DNA of 64,000 nt from an uncultured Actinomycetes bacterium (GTDB taxonomy: Bacteria > Actinomycetota > Acidimicrobiia > Spongiisociales > DATADW01): positions 173,934 to 237,933 of the forward strand of contig CAWGRK010000009.1 in the NCBI GenBank assembly GCA_963824995.1. Direction: 5' to 3'. Both the position numbers and the translations under genes were made by a program. The notes below the pieces were generated by a model. It did no database searches and was not told the origin of the DNA. It was given only the letters and a program-made list of their open reading frames with translations. The stretch's first letter is position 1, and every line of letters begins with the position of its first letter. Shown one piece after another: positions 1-14,900 of this stretch.

Positions 1-288
1 ATCGTCCCGATCCCCGATGAGCGGGTGCTCCGCCAGACGGTGCTCGAGGTGGATCTCCCCACCGGGTATCACGCCGAGATCTACGTTGACGGATTCCGCA
101 TCCCCGACAACGAGTTCCTCGGTCCCGAGGCCATAGACGCCACCGGGACCTACCGGTGGCGGCCCTCGCCCACCAGCACGGTCCTCCAGGAGTGGACGCC
201 TGGAGAGCACACCGTCCTGGTCCGCTGGGACACGATCACCGGGTTACCCGACCCGGGCGAATACGAATGGAGCTTCAGGGTGACGTGA
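1..288 (+). CDS. Hypothetical protein, C-terminal part (5' end outside window)
   Basis: Frame is open from position 1 to TGA at 286-288; beta-rich sequence ending YEWSFRVT; no recognised motif. Confidence 0.6.
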   Translation: MVPIPDERVLRQTVLEVDLPTGYHAEIYVDGFRIPDNEFLGPEAIDATGTYRWRPSPTSTVLQEWTPGEHTVLVRWDTITGLPDPGEYEWSFRVT

Positions 289-315
289 GCAGCCAAAGGT
301 CGGTTTGAGCGGCGG

Positions 316-4000
<3,685 letters not shown>

Positions 4001-4004
<4 letters not shown>

Positions 4005-5150
4005 GATGCGAGATCCAGCGAAGCCACCGCTCGGACCACCCGATCCGCGGCCTCCTCACCCTCGGCCGGTGTCGAAGTCCAGCCAAAGCTGAAGCGGAGG
4101 CTCTCCCCCGCCTCGGCGTCGCTCATCCCCATCGCGCTCGAGGACATGGGAGGTGGTGGCGGCTCCCGACTGGCAGGCCGAGGCGGCCGAAGCGGCGATA
4201 CCGACCCGGTCGAGGGCGATCAAGAGCAGATCGTTCGGCACGCCGGGGAAACGTACGTGCGAGTGCTGGACGAGGCGGTCGTCGGTGGCATTGACCACCA
4301 ATGCCGACAAAGCGGCTGACAGAGCGGCCTCGAACCGCTCCCTCGCCACGGCGACGTCGCGCCGAAACCTGTCCCGGTCGGCGACCGCCATCTCGAGGGC
4401 GACCGCCATCCCCACCGCCCCCATCACGTTCTGGGTGCCCGAGCGCCTCCCCAACTCGTGGCCGCCACCGTGCATCACCGGTTCGAGACGCACACCGCGC
4501 CTCACGTAGAGGGCACCAACCCCTTTGGGCCCGCCGAACTTGTGGGCCGCGATCGACACGAGATCCACGCCCAGATCCTCGACATCGAGCGGCTCGGAGA
4601 CGACCGTCTGGACGGCATCGGTATGGACGAGCACCGCGCCGGCCCCCTTGGCCTCGTCTGCGATCTTCCTCACAGGCTGACGGGCGCCGACCTCGTTGTT
4701 GGCCGCCATCACCGAGACCAGACCGGTGCCGGCGGTGACCGCGTCGGCCACTTCGCCGGGGTTGGCGATCCCGGCATGATCAACGCCGACGAGGGCCAGC
4801 GGACACCCCAGGCTCGCCAGGAATCGGGCGCTGTCGAGCACCGCGGCGTGCTCTATGGCGGTGGTGACCACCCCTCGCCGCTCACCGCCGGACAGAGCGG
4901 CCCCTTTGACCGCCAGGTTGTCGGCCTCGGTCCCGCCGGCGGTGAAGACCACCTCGAGCGGCCGGGCGCCGATGGCGACGGCGACACGTTCCCTGGCGTC
5001 CTCGAGCGCTTCCTTGGCCAGCCGCGCCGCCGTGTGGCCGCCGGATGCGTTCCCAAAGGTCTGTGCGGCGTATGGGGCCATCGCCTCCCACACGCCCGGT
5101 CGCATGGGCGTGGTGGCGGCATGGTCGAGATAGATGATTTGGTCCGACAT
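4001..5150 (-). CDS. iscS: Cysteine desulfurase (IscS/NifS type); frameshift near 4140
   Basis: YLDHAATTP, GGTEADN, HTDAVQ, AHKFGGPKG (PLP Lys), SAASAC catalytic Cys; the corrected C-terminus ends at a TGA overlapping the mnmA ATG. Confidence 0.9.
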
Positions 5151-5219
5151 GGGATGACCCAGGGTACCGCCGATGAGGCCAGCCACCGTCCGACATGAGG
5201 GAGGGAAACGTATCCTCGG

Positions 5220-5684
5220 ATGGTGACCACCGTGACAGTCGAGATCGTCGTAGACGCACCGCCCGGGGCCGTGTGGGCCCGGTTGAGTGATCTCGGCTCA
5301 CACGCCGAATGGATGGCTGACGCCGAGTCGGTCCGCTTCCTGACCGAACGGAGGTCGGGGATCGGTACCCGGATGGAGGTCGCCACCAAGGTGGGACCGC
5401 TTCGCACCACTGACCTGATGGACGTCGTCGCCTGGGAGGAGGGCAGGCGGATCGCGGTCCGTCACCGTGGAGTGGTCGCCGGCACCGGGTCGTTCACCCT
5501 CGAGCCAGAAGGTGTGGGGCGCAGCCGGGTGATCTGGCGCGAGACCCTCGACCTCCCGTGGCGGCTTGGCGGCCGGATCGGCGGGTCGGTCGCCGCTCCG
5601 TTGCTGCATTGGGTCTGGGGTCGAAACCTGCGGCGGCTCAAGCAGCAGGTCGAGCTTGGCCCAAAGCGGGGCGAAGATCGTTAG
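5220..5684 (+). CDS. SRPBCC/START-like (polyketide cyclase) family protein
   Basis: VDAPPGAVWARLSD...HAEW start and C-terminal helix NLRRLKQQVE typical of SRPBCC. Confidence 0.8.
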   Translation: MVTTVTVEIVVDAPPGAVWARLSDLGSHAEWMADAESVRFLTERRSGIGTRMEVATKVGPLRTTDLMDVVAWEEGRRIAVRHRGVVAGTGSFTLEPEGVGRSRVIWRETLDLPWRLGGRIGGSVAAPLLHWVWGRNLRRLKQQVELGPKRGEDR

Positions 5685-5716
5685 CGTCGGCGCCGACTCA
5701 CAATCAGGAGACAGAC

Positions 5717-6154
5717 ATGCCGCTGCAAAGTACCGGTACCGCCCACTGGGAGGGTGACCTTCTCTCGGGAACGGGGACGACCAGCCTCGAGTCGGGCGCC
5801 GCCACCGGTCTCCCCCTGACCTGGAATGCCCGGACGGAGGATCACGGGATCCTCACCAGCCCCGAGGAACTCATCGCCGCCGCCCACGCCTCGTGCTTCT
5901 CGATGTCACTGGCGAGCAGCCTCGCCAAGCTGGGCCATCCCCCGGCCAACCTGGTGACCAGCGCCACCGCCACCTTCGACCGGACCGATGCCGGGTACCG
6001 CATACTGACGATGGAGATCACCGTCCGGGGCGACGTTCCCGGTCTCGACGACCACTCGTTCCGCGAGGCGGCAGAGGGGGCGAAGGAGAACTGCCCGGTC
6101 TCCCAGGCTCTTAAGGGGAACGTCGAGATCAGCGTCGACGCCGCCCTCGCCTAG
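5717..6154 (+). CDS. osmC: OsmC family peroxiredoxin
   Basis: AGGAG RBS before ATG 5717; SPEELIAAAHASCFSM and AKENCPVSQAL. Confidence 0.92.
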   Translation: MPLQSTGTAHWEGDLLSGTGTTSLESGAATGLPLTWNARTEDHGILTSPEELIAAAHASCFSMSLASSLAKLGHPPANLVTSATATFDRTDAGYRILTMEITVRGDVPGLDDHSFREAAEGAKENCPVSQALKGNVEISVDAALA

Positions 6155-6165
6155 GACCACCTGGC

Positions 6166-6212
6166 TTCGGCGTCGCTGAACGGACTCTGACCGCGTCCGG
6201 TGACGCCAAAAC
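6166..6212. repeat. Palindromic REP-like element, copy 1 of 3
   Basis: TTCGGCGTCGCTGAA...CCGCGTCCGGTGACGCCAAAAC between convergent genes; similar copies at 23251 and 50492. Confidence 0.75.
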
Positions 6213-6218
6213 TGATTG

Positions 6219-6980
6219 TCATCGGCCGCGGAAGGTCGGTTCGCGCTTTGAAACGAAGGCGGTGACGCCCTCGGTGGCGTCCTCGCTGCGGAAGGTCTCG
6301 TTGAATGCTTCGGCTTCGATGCCGAGCGCATCCTCGATGGGTCGTCCCCACCCCTCGATCAGAGCGCGCTTGGCCGCCGCCAGGGCCACGGTCGGTCCGG
6401 AAGCCATGGCGGCGGCATCCGACATGGCGGTCTCGAGGAGTTCGTCGGTGGGGACGACCTTGTCGGCCAGCCCGATCGCCAGCGCCTCTTCGGCTAATAC
6501 GAACCGGCCCGAGTAGACGATGTCCCGCGCCTTGGGCAACCCGACGAGCCGGGTGAGCCGCTGCGTCCCGCCAGCGCCGGGTATCAGGCCCAGCTTGATC
6601 TCCGGCTGGCCGACACGGGCGTCGCTCGCCAGGTAGCGCAGGTCGGCACCCATGGCCAGCTCCAACCCTCCGCCCAATGCGAAGCCGTGGATTGCGGCGA
6701 TCGAAGGCTTTGGCAGTGTCTCCAGGGTGCGGATGGCATCGCGCAGCGTCCCGGCGATGGGCCGGTCGGAGGCTCCTTCCTGCGCCTCCTGGAACTGCTT
6801 GATATCGGCGCCGGCAGCGAAGTTCGGTTCCCCGGTCACCACGACGGCGCGCACGTCCGGGTCCTCGGCCATCGCAAATGCCTCACCCAATTCGGCGGCG
6901 AGCTGATCGGAGAGGGCGTTGACCGGCGGCCGATCGAGCCGCACCACCGCCACCGCACCTTCGGTCGAGTACTGCACCAT
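6219..6980 (-). CDS. Enoyl-CoA hydratase/isomerase family protein
   Basis: FAAGADI, GFALGGGLELA, GQPEIKLGLIPGAGGTQRL; likely start MVQYSTEG. Confidence 0.92.
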   Translation of the reverse strand: MVQYSTEGAVAVVRLDRPPVNALSDQLAAELGEAFAMAEDPDVRAVVVTGEPNFAAGADIKQFQEAQEGASDRPIAGTLRDAIRTLETLPKPSIAAIHGFALGGGLELAMGADLRYLASDARVGQPEIKLGLIPGAGGTQRLTRLVGLPKARDIVYSGRFVLAEEALAIGLADKVVPTDELLETAMSDAAAMASGPTVALAAAKRALIEGWGRPIEDALGIEAEAFNETFRSEDATEGVTAFVSKREPTFRGR

Positions 6981-7068
6981 CTCCACGGCGGTCCTCCGCG
7001 TCGTTCGGGCTGCTGAGCCTATAGCCACGAGAACCACCGGCCCCCACCCCGGGTGGCCACCACCCTTC

Positions 7069-7112
7069 CGACCCCACTCGGTCGGCCCAATCGGTCGACC
7101 CAATCGGTCGAC
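7069..7112. repeat. Three tandem 13-bp direct repeats in a divergent promoter region
   Basis: CGACCCCACTCGGT CGGCCCAATCGGT CGACCCAATCGGT. Confidence 0.6.
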
Positions 7113-7152
7113 GTGGTCTCGACCGGTTCCGTGAGGATCCATACTTGGGCCC

Positions 7153-7809
7153 GTGTCCGACCTCTACCCAGCCACCGAGGCCACCCGGCTGCGAAGGAAG
7201 CCTGAGCGAGGATCCCACCAACGCGCCGTGGTGAACCGGATCCTCGACGAGGGCCTCGTGTGCCACGTCGGTTGGGTGCGGGCAGGCGGGCCCGTGGTGA
7301 TCCCCACGCTCTACGCCAGAGTGGGTGAGACCCTCTATCTGCACGGGTCCCCGGCAAGTTCGACGCTCCGCGGGGTCCGCGGTCTGGACGTGTGTGTCAC
7401 CGTCACCCTGGTTGACGGTCTCGTGCTTGCCCGCTCCGCCTTCAACTCGTCGGTCAACTACCGCTCGGTCGTGATCATGGGCAAGGCGAGCGAGGTGACC
7501 GATCCCGAGCAGAAGCGGGTTGCCCTCGATGCCTTTGTCGAGCACACCCTCCCCGGGCGGCTCTCCCACCTGCGCCCCATGACCGACAAGGAGACGAGAG
7601 CGACAATGGTGCTCCGGCTGTCCATCGAGGAGGCGGCGGCAAAGGTGCGGAGCGGCCCGCCGGACGACGACCCCGCCGACCTGGAATTTCCGGTGTGGGC
7701 CGGCGTCCTCCCGCTCACGATCGGTTACGGGCCGGCAGAACCCGACCCGCTCCTCACCGGCACGGCGGAACCGCCGTCACACGTCACCGACTACCGCCGC
7801 GCCCCGTGA
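7153..7809 (+). CDS. Pyridoxamine 5'-phosphate oxidase-like / NimA-type flavin-binding protein
   Basis: ILDEGLVCHVG, LYLHGS, DGLVLARSAFNSSVNYRSVV, WAGVLP. Confidence 0.88.
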   Translation: MSDLYPATEATRLRRKPERGSHQRAVVNRILDEGLVCHVGWVRAGGPVVIPTLYARVGETLYLHGSPASSTLRGVRGLDVCVTVTLVDGLVLARSAFNSSVNYRSVVIMGKASEVTDPEQKRVALDAFVEHTLPGRLSHLRPMTDKETRATMVLRLSIEEAAAKVRSGPPDDDPADLEFPVWAGVLPLTIGYGPAEPDPLLTGTAEPPSHVTDYRRAP

Positions 7810-8705
7810 GTTCGCGGATCCTCTCCACCAGTCATGGGACACACCGTGCCGCCTTCGGGCCGGTGGAATGGGCGCTGTTCCTCGGGGTAGGGATCACCTG
7901 GGGGGCATCGTTCCTCTTCATCGATGTCGGTCTCGAGGCCTTCAGCCCCGGCATGGTGACGCTGCTGCGGGTCGGGCTCGGTGCCGCCACTCTTGCCCTC
8001 TTCCCATCCTCGCGGAGGCCGATAGACCGGTCCGACTGGCCCCGTCTCTTCGTGGTGTCGGTGCTGTGGGTAGCGGTCCCGTTGTCCCTGTTCCCGATCG
8101 CCCAGCAGTGGATCGACTCGGCGGTGGCCGGGATGCTCAACGGCATCATGCCGATGCTGACCGCTCTGATCGCGGCGCTGATGCTCGCCGAGATACCGGC
8201 CGGTCGGCAGATAGCCGGCTTGGTCGTCGGGTTCGGAGGGGTGGTGTGCATCAGCCTCCCCACCATCGGCGAGGGTTCGAGCGCCGCGCTCGGCGTCGCC
8301 CTGGTGGTGCTGGCGACCGTCTGCTACGCATTGGCGGTGAACATCGTCGCCCCGCTCCAACAGCGATACGGCTCGTTGCCGGTGCTCAGCCGGGCCTTGA
8401 TGGTCGCCACCGTCCTCGTGCTCCCTCGGGGGTTGACCACGCTGCCGACAACCATGCCCGATTGGGCGCCAATCGGCGCCATACTCGTCCTGGGGATCGC
8501 GGGGACCGGTCTCGCCTTCATCGCGATGGGGACGCTGGTGGGAAGGGCGGGAGCGACCAGGGCGTCGATGATCACATACGTGATCCCGGTCGTGGCGCTG
8601 CTGCTCGGCGTCGCCATCCTCGGAGACCAGGTCACACCACTCCAGGTCGGGGGGTGTGGGTTGGTCGTGATCGGTGCCGTGCTCGCCTCACGGCGCGAGG
8701 TCTGA
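7806..8705 (+). CDS. DMT/EamA family transporter
   Basis: WGASFLFI start, about 10 TM segments, ITYVIPVVALLLG; GTGA overlap with the upstream gene. Confidence 0.9.
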   Translation: MSSRILSTSHGTHRAAFGPVEWALFLGVGITWGASFLFIDVGLEAFSPGMVTLLRVGLGAATLALFPSSRRPIDRSDWPRLFVVSVLWVAVPLSLFPIAQQWIDSAVAGMLNGIMPMLTALIAALMLAEIPAGRQIAGLVVGFGGVVCISLPTIGEGSSAALGVALVVLATVCYALAVNIVAPLQQRYGSLPVLSRALMVATVLVLPRGLTTLPTTMPDWAPIGAILVLGIAGTGLAFIAMGTLVGRAGATRASMITYVIPVVALLLGVAILGDQVTPLQVGGCGLVVIGAVLASRREV

Positions 8706-8706
8706 T

Positions 8707-9631
8707 CTAGGCGAGGTCCAATTGCCTCCGGGCAGCCGTCCACGGGTCGATAGTCCGTGCCGCCACCGCCGCCTCGGCGCTCGAGACTGTCGTCCCGCTC
8801 GGATGCCCTCCGCAACATCTCATCGTGAATGGCCCTGCGGAGTTCATCGCCGAGCCTCCGGCGGCGGGATATGGCCAATCGGTCGTCCGTCGAGAGGTAT
8901 TCCCAGTGCTCCACCACCGCCGCGGCCAGATCGTCGATGCCTTCACCGGTCGTGGCCACGGTCGGTACCACCGGAGGCCGCCATGGCCCCTCTTCCCCGA
9001 GTTCGACCGTCTCGGTGAGGTGCCTGGCCGCTTCATCGGCCCCCTCCCGGTCGGCCTTGTTGACCGCGAAGATATCCGCCACCTCGAGCAACCCGGCCTT
9101 GGCTGCCTGAACGGCGTCGCCCCACCCCGGGTTGACCACCACCACCGTGGTGTCGGCGGTATCGACGACCTCGAACTCGGCCTGACCGACACCCACCGTC
9201 TCCACGATCACCGTGGCGAACCCGAAGGCGTCGAGCAGAGCGACCACCTTGGCCGTGGCTCCCGCCAGGCCTCCAATGCGGCCACGGTTGCTCATCGACC
9301 TGATGAACACACCGCGGTCAGAGGACCCGTCCTTCATCCGGACCCGGTCACCGAGGATGGCGCCACCTGAGAACGGGCTGGATGGGTCCACCGCCACCAC
9401 CGCTACCTCTCCCCGGGACCTGAGACGACCGATCAGCCGGTCGATGAGGGTGGACTTGCCCGAACCGGGCGGCCCGGTGATCCCGATCACATGGGCCTGG
9501 CCGGTTTCTGGAAATAGCGCAGCGATCGTCTCGTCGGCGCCGGGACGGCCCTCCTCTACCAGCGAGATCACGCGGCCAAGGGCACGCCTATCTCCGCTGT
9601 GCGCCGCGTCGATTAGTCCAGCGATGTCCAC
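8707..9631 (-). CDS. meaB: MeaB/ArgK-family GTPase (frameshift near 8785)
   Basis: GITGPPGSGKST, AVDPSSPFSGGAILGDRVRM, ETVGVGQ, NKAD; C-terminus IDPWTAA in the adjacent frame. Confidence 0.9.
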
Positions 9632-9641
9632 ACTGAAATCT

Positions 9642-9662
9642 AAGTACTAAGTACGAAGTACT
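9642..9662. repeat. Heptamer tandem repeat AAGTAC(T/G) x3
   Basis: AAGTACT AAGTACG AAGTACT fills most of the nifU-meaB gap. Confidence 0.7.
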
Positions 9663-9941
9663 TCAGTTTGCGTTCACCTCGGTGACGCCGGGGACCCGGT
9701 CCATCAGGATGCGCTCGATACCCGCCTTGAGAGTCATCATCGAAAGTGGGCAACCGCCACAGGCACCCACCATCTGAAGGTCGACCTTTCCGCCTTCGAC
9801 GCTGGTCAGCACGATGTCGCCACCATCCATCTGGATGGCCGGCCTGATGTATTCGAGCGCCTCATTGAGCTGATCGATGTCGATGGAGGTCGCAGCGGAG
9901 GTGTGGGCCGATACGTCGGTGATGGTGAGCTCTTCGGCCAT
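9663..9941 (-). CDS. NifU/NfuA C-terminal-domain Fe-S carrier protein
   Basis: IRPAIQMDGGD...GACGGCP...TLKAGIE. Confidence 0.92.
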   Translation of the reverse strand: MAEELTITDVSAHTSAATSIDIDQLNEALEYIRPAIQMDGGDIVLTSVEGGKVDLQMVGACGGCPLSMMTLKAGIERILMDRVPGVTEVNAN

Positions 9942-9979
9942 GTCAGTAGCAACGATCCCAGGGAGCTTTCTCTTCCATT

Positions 9980-11242
9980 TTACGCCTCGTCGGGGACCCG
10001 TCTTATTGACGCCCCCAAACCGGAGAGACGCTCGACGAATCCCTCGTACCCCCGGTCGATGTGGTGGGTGGCGGAGACGACCGTCTCACCATCGGCCCGC
10101 AGCCCGGCCAAGGCAAGAGCGGCGCCGGCGCGTATGTCGGGCGCAACCACCGGACACCCCGACAGCGAGGTGACCCCGCGGACGACGGCATGCTGCCACT
10201 CGATGGTGATGTCCGCCCCCATCCGGGCAAGCTCCCCGACATATCGGAAACGGGCGTCGTAGAGGTTTTCGGTGATGATCGACGTCCCCTCGGCGACGCT
10301 GAGCAGCGCCACCATTTGGGGGTGCATGTCGGTGTGGAAGCCGGGGAACGGGAGTGTTGAGAAGTCCACCGCAACGGGCCGTTCGGGCCCGGTGACCCGA
10401 ACCCAATCGTCGCCCCGGTCCACGACGCACCCGGTCTGCTCGAGCTTGCTCATCTCCATCCTGAGGTGGTCGGGGATGCACGAGGCGATCTCGACCTCAC
10501 CGCCGGTGATGGCGGCGGCGACTGCGTACGTCCCCGCCTCGAGCCGGTCGGGGACCACCGAGTGGTCCGTGGGATGCAGAGCAGGCGAACCCTCGATGAC
10601 CAGAGTGGAGGTGCCCGCACCCTCGACCACGGCGCCCATCTTGGTCAGCTGGCGCACCAGGTCCTGGATCTCGGGCTCGCGGGCCGTGTTGTCGATCACC
10701 GTCACTCCGTCGGCGAGGGTGGCGGCAAAGAGCAGGTTCTCGGTGGCCCCGACGCTCGGGAAGTCGAGGGTCACCTGTGCGCCTCGCAACCTCCCATCCA
10801 CCTGAGCGGTCAGCACCCCGTGCTCCAGGTCGAAGACCACTCCCATTTGCTCGAGGGCATCAAGATGCATGTCGATCGGCCTCGCCCCGAGATCGTCGCC
10901 GCCGGGAAAGGCGACCGCGGCACGTCCGCATCGCGCCAGCAGAGGCCCGAGGACGACGATCGATGCCCGCATCAAACGCACCAGTTCCAGAGGTGCCTCC
11001 GCTATCAACTCGTCCGGGACATCGATCTCGATTTCGTGATCGGTCCGCCTCACTTCGGCCCCGATGTGTCCGAGGACGTCGCTCATCAACGCCACGTCGA
11101 GGATCCCCGGCACGTTGCGCAACCGGTGCGAGCCGGGTGCCAGCAACGTTGCCACCATCTCCTTGAGCACGGCGTTCTTGGCTCCGAGCACCTCGACCCG
11201 GCCCCTCAAGGCGCGGCCGCCTTCGATGACTATGCGGTCCAT
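9980..11242 (-). CDS. murA: UDP-N-acetylglucosamine 1-carboxyvinyltransferase
   Basis: GAKNA, MRASI, PGGDDLGARPID (Asp at the Cys115 position), SVGATEN, PFPGFHTD, HIDRGYE. Confidence 0.97.
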   Translation of the reverse strand: MDRIVIEGGRALRGRVEVLGAKNAVLKEMVATLLAPGSHRLRNVPGILDVALMSDVLGHIGAEVRRTDHEIEIDVPDELIAEAPLELVRLMRASIVVLGPLLARCGRAAVAFPGGDDLGARPIDMHLDALEQMGVVFDLEHGVLTAQVDGRLRGAQVTLDFPSVGATENLLFAATLADGVTVIDNTAREPEIQDLVRQLTKMGAVVEGAGTSTLVIEGSPALHPTDHSVVPDRLEAGTYAVAAAITGGEVEIASCIPDHLRMEMSKLEQTGCVVDRGDDWVRVTGPERPVAVDFSTLPFPGFHTDMHPQMVALLSVAEGTSIITENLYDARFRYVGELARMGADITIEWQHAVVRGVTSLSGCPVVAPDIRAGAALALAGLRADGETVVSATHHIDRGYEGFVERLSGLGASIRRVPDEA

Positions 11243-11283
11243 TGACCCGCGAGGTTAGGGAGTGACGGGCATTCGGCCGAGCC

Positions 11284-11340
11284 AAGACGGAAGACGGTAT
11301 TCCGGGACGGCAGACGGCGGACGGCGGACGGCGGACAGAA
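11284..11340. repeat. Heptamer tandem repeats (GACGGCG/GACGGAA family)
   Basis: AAGACGG AAGACGG ... GGGACGG CAGACGG CGGACGG CGGACGG CGGACAG. Confidence 0.75.
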
Positions 11341-11370
11341 GCGAGAGGTAGCCAGAGGTACGGTTGAGGG

Positions 11371-11817
11371 ATGCGCGTAGCTATCGGGGCTGATCACGCT
11401 GGGTATCAGCTGAAAGAGGATCTCAGCTCTTCGCTGGCCGAGTCGGGGTTCGACGTGATCGATCTCGGGACATTTTCCACCGAGCCGGTCGACTATCCGG
11501 ATATCGCCGCTGCCGTAGGTGAAGCGGTGCGCGATGGCCGGGCAGATCGGGGGATTCTGGTCTGCGGCTCGGGTGCCGGCGCGGCAATAGCCGCCAACAA
11601 GCTCCACGGAATCCGGGCGGCGTTGGCCCATGACACCTACACCGCCCACCAGTCGGTCGAGCACGACGACGCGAACGTGCTCGCCCTCGGTAGCCGGGTG
11701 ATCGGGATCGAGCTGGCGAGCGAAATCGTGCGCACATTCCTCGCCGCCGAATTCACCGGAGAAGAACGCCACGCCCGCCGAGTCAAGAAGATCGAAGCAC
11801 TCGAGGAATCCGGCTGA
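11371..11817 (+). CDS. rpiB: Ribose-5-phosphate isomerase B
   Basis: [38 protein letters not shown]. Confidence 0.95.
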   Translation: MRVAIGADHAGYQLKEDLSSSLAESGFDVIDLGTFSTEPVDYPDIAAAVGEAVRDGRADRGILVCGSGAGAAIAANKLHGIRAALAHDTYTAHQSVEHDDANVLALGSRVIGIELASEIVRTFLAAEFTGEERHARRVKKIEALEESG

Positions 11818-11834
11818 GCGGATCCGCCTCTTCT

Positions 11835-11929
11835 GCCTCCCCCGGGGAGGGGCGAGCGGAGGGGGTGGGTAAGGGCGGACGGCGGTCCCAACCCTCACCG
11901 AGAGGGGGAGGCCAATCCCCGCCACCCCC
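11835..11929. repeat. GC-rich inverted-repeat element between convergent rpiB and gdh (REP- or terminator-like)
   Basis: GCCTCCCCC(11835)/GGGGGAGGC(11904) and GGGGGTGG(11861)/CCACCCCC(11922). Confidence 0.45.
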
Positions 11930-11950
11930 GGTGCGTCTTCCGCCTTCCGC

Positions 11951-14900
11951 CTAGGCGATCAGCCGATGGCTCTCCCGTAGGGCGACGGACAGGCTGGCGA
12001 GGTCGGCGGTGGCGCCGCCTTTGATGTCGGATACCACTTGTGAGACCCGGCGGGCGGCGGCATCGACGTGGGTGAGCCATGCGTCGATCCGTTCGATCGG
12101 GCCAAGGCCATCTCCACCCACTCTGAGCACCTGAGCGGTGATCGCTCGCTGCTGGCTGTAGAGGTCGTCGCGCAAGGCGGCTCGGGCCAGGGTCTGCCAT
12201 CGATTGTCGCGGGGGAGGCCGTTGATCTGGTTTCGCAGCCAGTGGAGGTCGAGCCGCTCACCGAGGGCGTAATAGACTGCTGCCACCTCCTCGACAGGGA
12301 CCTCCTCGGCGGCGGAGACCTCGATGATGTCGAGGGTGCCGAAAAGCGGGTCGAGTCCGGCCACCCGGTGCGCCAAATCTTCGGGTACCCCGGCCTCCCC
12401 CATGTGTTCCGCCTGGCCGCGGAATCGGTCTTGGTCGCTCGATGCGAGCAGATCGGGGAGCGATGAAGCGATGCGCTGCGCCCCTTCGGTGAACCTCTCC
12501 ACCTCGGCGGCGACGTCGATGGGTGGGCGGCGCTGTCTGAGCAACCAGCGGGATGCGCGCTCCACCAGGGTGCGCGCCTCGAGCAGCATCACCGTCTGGA
12601 TCCCGGCAGGGACCAGGTTGTCCAGTGCCTCGATCCCGGCCCAGATAACGCGGATATCGAAGACGTCTCTGGCGACCGTGTAGGCGCGTGCGATGTCGGC
12701 GGCGACGGCACCGGTTCCCTCGGCCAGCCTGTAGGCGAAGGTGGTCCCCTGGTGGTCGACCATGTCGTTGACGACGCCGTTGACGATGATCTCCCGGCGC
12801 AGGCGGTGGCTGTCCAATCGGTCACCGAACCGCTCCGAGATGGCGGTGGGAAAGTAGCGCTCCAACTCGGCGGAAAGGTATGGGTCTTCGGCGATGCCGC
12901 TGCCGAGCAACTCCTCGTACAACTCGATCTTGGTGTATGCCAGAAGGACGGCGAACTCGGGCGAGGTGAGACCTTCCCCGGCTGCCTTGCGCTCCGCAAG
13001 CGCCTCGTCACCTGGTAACCCTTCGAGGTTGCGGTCGACACGCCTCGCCAGTTCCAGCGATCGCATGTACCTGACGTGGACATCGACCATCGGGAACGCC
13101 TGCGCCACGGCGTTGCTCAGCGCCTGTGTCTGGCGGTAGTTGTCCCGAAGCACCAGGTGGGCCACATCGTCAGTCATCTCGGCGAGGAGGCTGTTCCGCT
13201 GCTTGATGGTGAGGTCCCCGTCGGCCACGACGGTGTCGAGAAGGATCTTGATGTTGACCTCGTGGTCGGAACAGTCGACACCGGCGGAATTGTCGATGGC
13301 GTCGGTGTTGATCCGACCGCCCAACCTGGCGTACTCCACCCGCGCCAGTTGGGTGAAGCCGAGGTTGCCGCCCTCGCCCACCACCCGCGCCCGCAGCTCG
13401 GGGGCGTCGATGCGGACCGTGTCGTTCGCCTTGTCACCGACGTCGGAGTGGGTCTCGGTCGATGCCTTGACGTAGGTGCCGATCCCGCCGTTCCAGATCA
13501 GATCCACTGGAGCGGCGAGCATGGCACGGATCAACTCGTTCGGCGTCATGTGCTCGGAGTCCACCTTGAGCATCTGACGTACCTCTGCAGTGAGGGGGAT
13601 CGACTTGGCGGTGCGCGGCCACACCCCGCCCCCCTTGGAGATGAGGGTCAGTTCGTAGTCCTCCCATGTGGACCGGGGCAGTGCGAAGAGACGCTCGCGC
13701 TCGAGAAATGAGGTCTCGGGATCTGGGTCCGGGTCGAGGAAGATGTGGAGATGGTTGAAGGCGCCGACCAACTTCATGTGCCGCGAGAGCAGCATCCCAT
13801 TGCCGAAGACGTCACCCGACATGTCGCCGATCCCGATAACGGTCACATCGGTGGTTTGGATGTCGGTGCCAAGGTTGCGGAAGTGGCGCTTGACCGACTC
13901 CCAGGCTCCGCGGGCGGTGATCCCCATCTCCTTGTGGTCGTACCCGGCCGACCCCCCTGAGGCGAAGGCATCGCCAAGCCAGAAGCCGCGCTCCAGCGAG
14001 ATGCTGTTGGCGACGTCGGAAAAGGTGGACGTCCCCTTGTCGGCGGCGACGACCAGATAGGGGTCGTCGTCGTCATAGCGGACCACGTCTGCCGGTGGCA
14101 CCACCTTGCCGCCTTGGCGGTTGTCGGTCAGATCGAGCAACCCGGACATGAAGGTGCGGTAACAGGCGACGACCTCTTCGGCCAGTGCCTCCTTGCTCAC
14201 CGGGGGCCTCTTGACCACGAACCCGCCCTTAGCGCCGACCGGCACGATCACCACGTTCTTCACCATCTGCGCCTTCATCAACCCGAGGACCTCGGTGCGG
14301 AAGTCCTCGCGGCGGTCGGACCAGCGGATCCCACCTCTCGCCACCTTGCCGCCGCGCAGGTGGACGCCCTCGGTGCGCGGGGAGTAGACGAAGATCTCGA
14401 AACGCGGCCTGGGGAGAGGTAGCTCGGGTATCTGCGTCGGGTCGAGCTTGAACGAGAGGTGCGGCTTCGGCTCGCCCGCCGAATCGGTCTGAAAGGCGTT
14501 GGTGCGCAGCGTCGCCATGATCAGGTTGAGGAAGCTGCGCAGGATCCGGTCCTGGTCGAGGCTGATCACGTCGTCGATGGCAACGGTCACCTGTGCGGCC
14601 AACTCGGGCACCACATCGCGATCACCCGCCGGGTCGAACCGGGCGTGAAACAGCTCGACAAGCTGAGCGGCGATGTGGGGGTGGGCGCTCAGGGTGGTCT
14701 CCATGTAGTCCTGGCTGAAGGTGACCCCGGTCTGGCGGAGGTACTTGGCGTAGGCGCGCAGCACGGCAACGCCGTTCCAGGGGATCCGACCCCGTAGGAC
14801 CAGCCGGTTGAACCCGTCGTCCTCCATCTCGCCCCGCCACACCCTGGCCAGGGCGTTCTGGAAGAGCTCGGCGACCAGTCCAGTGTCGAGAAGAGCGACA

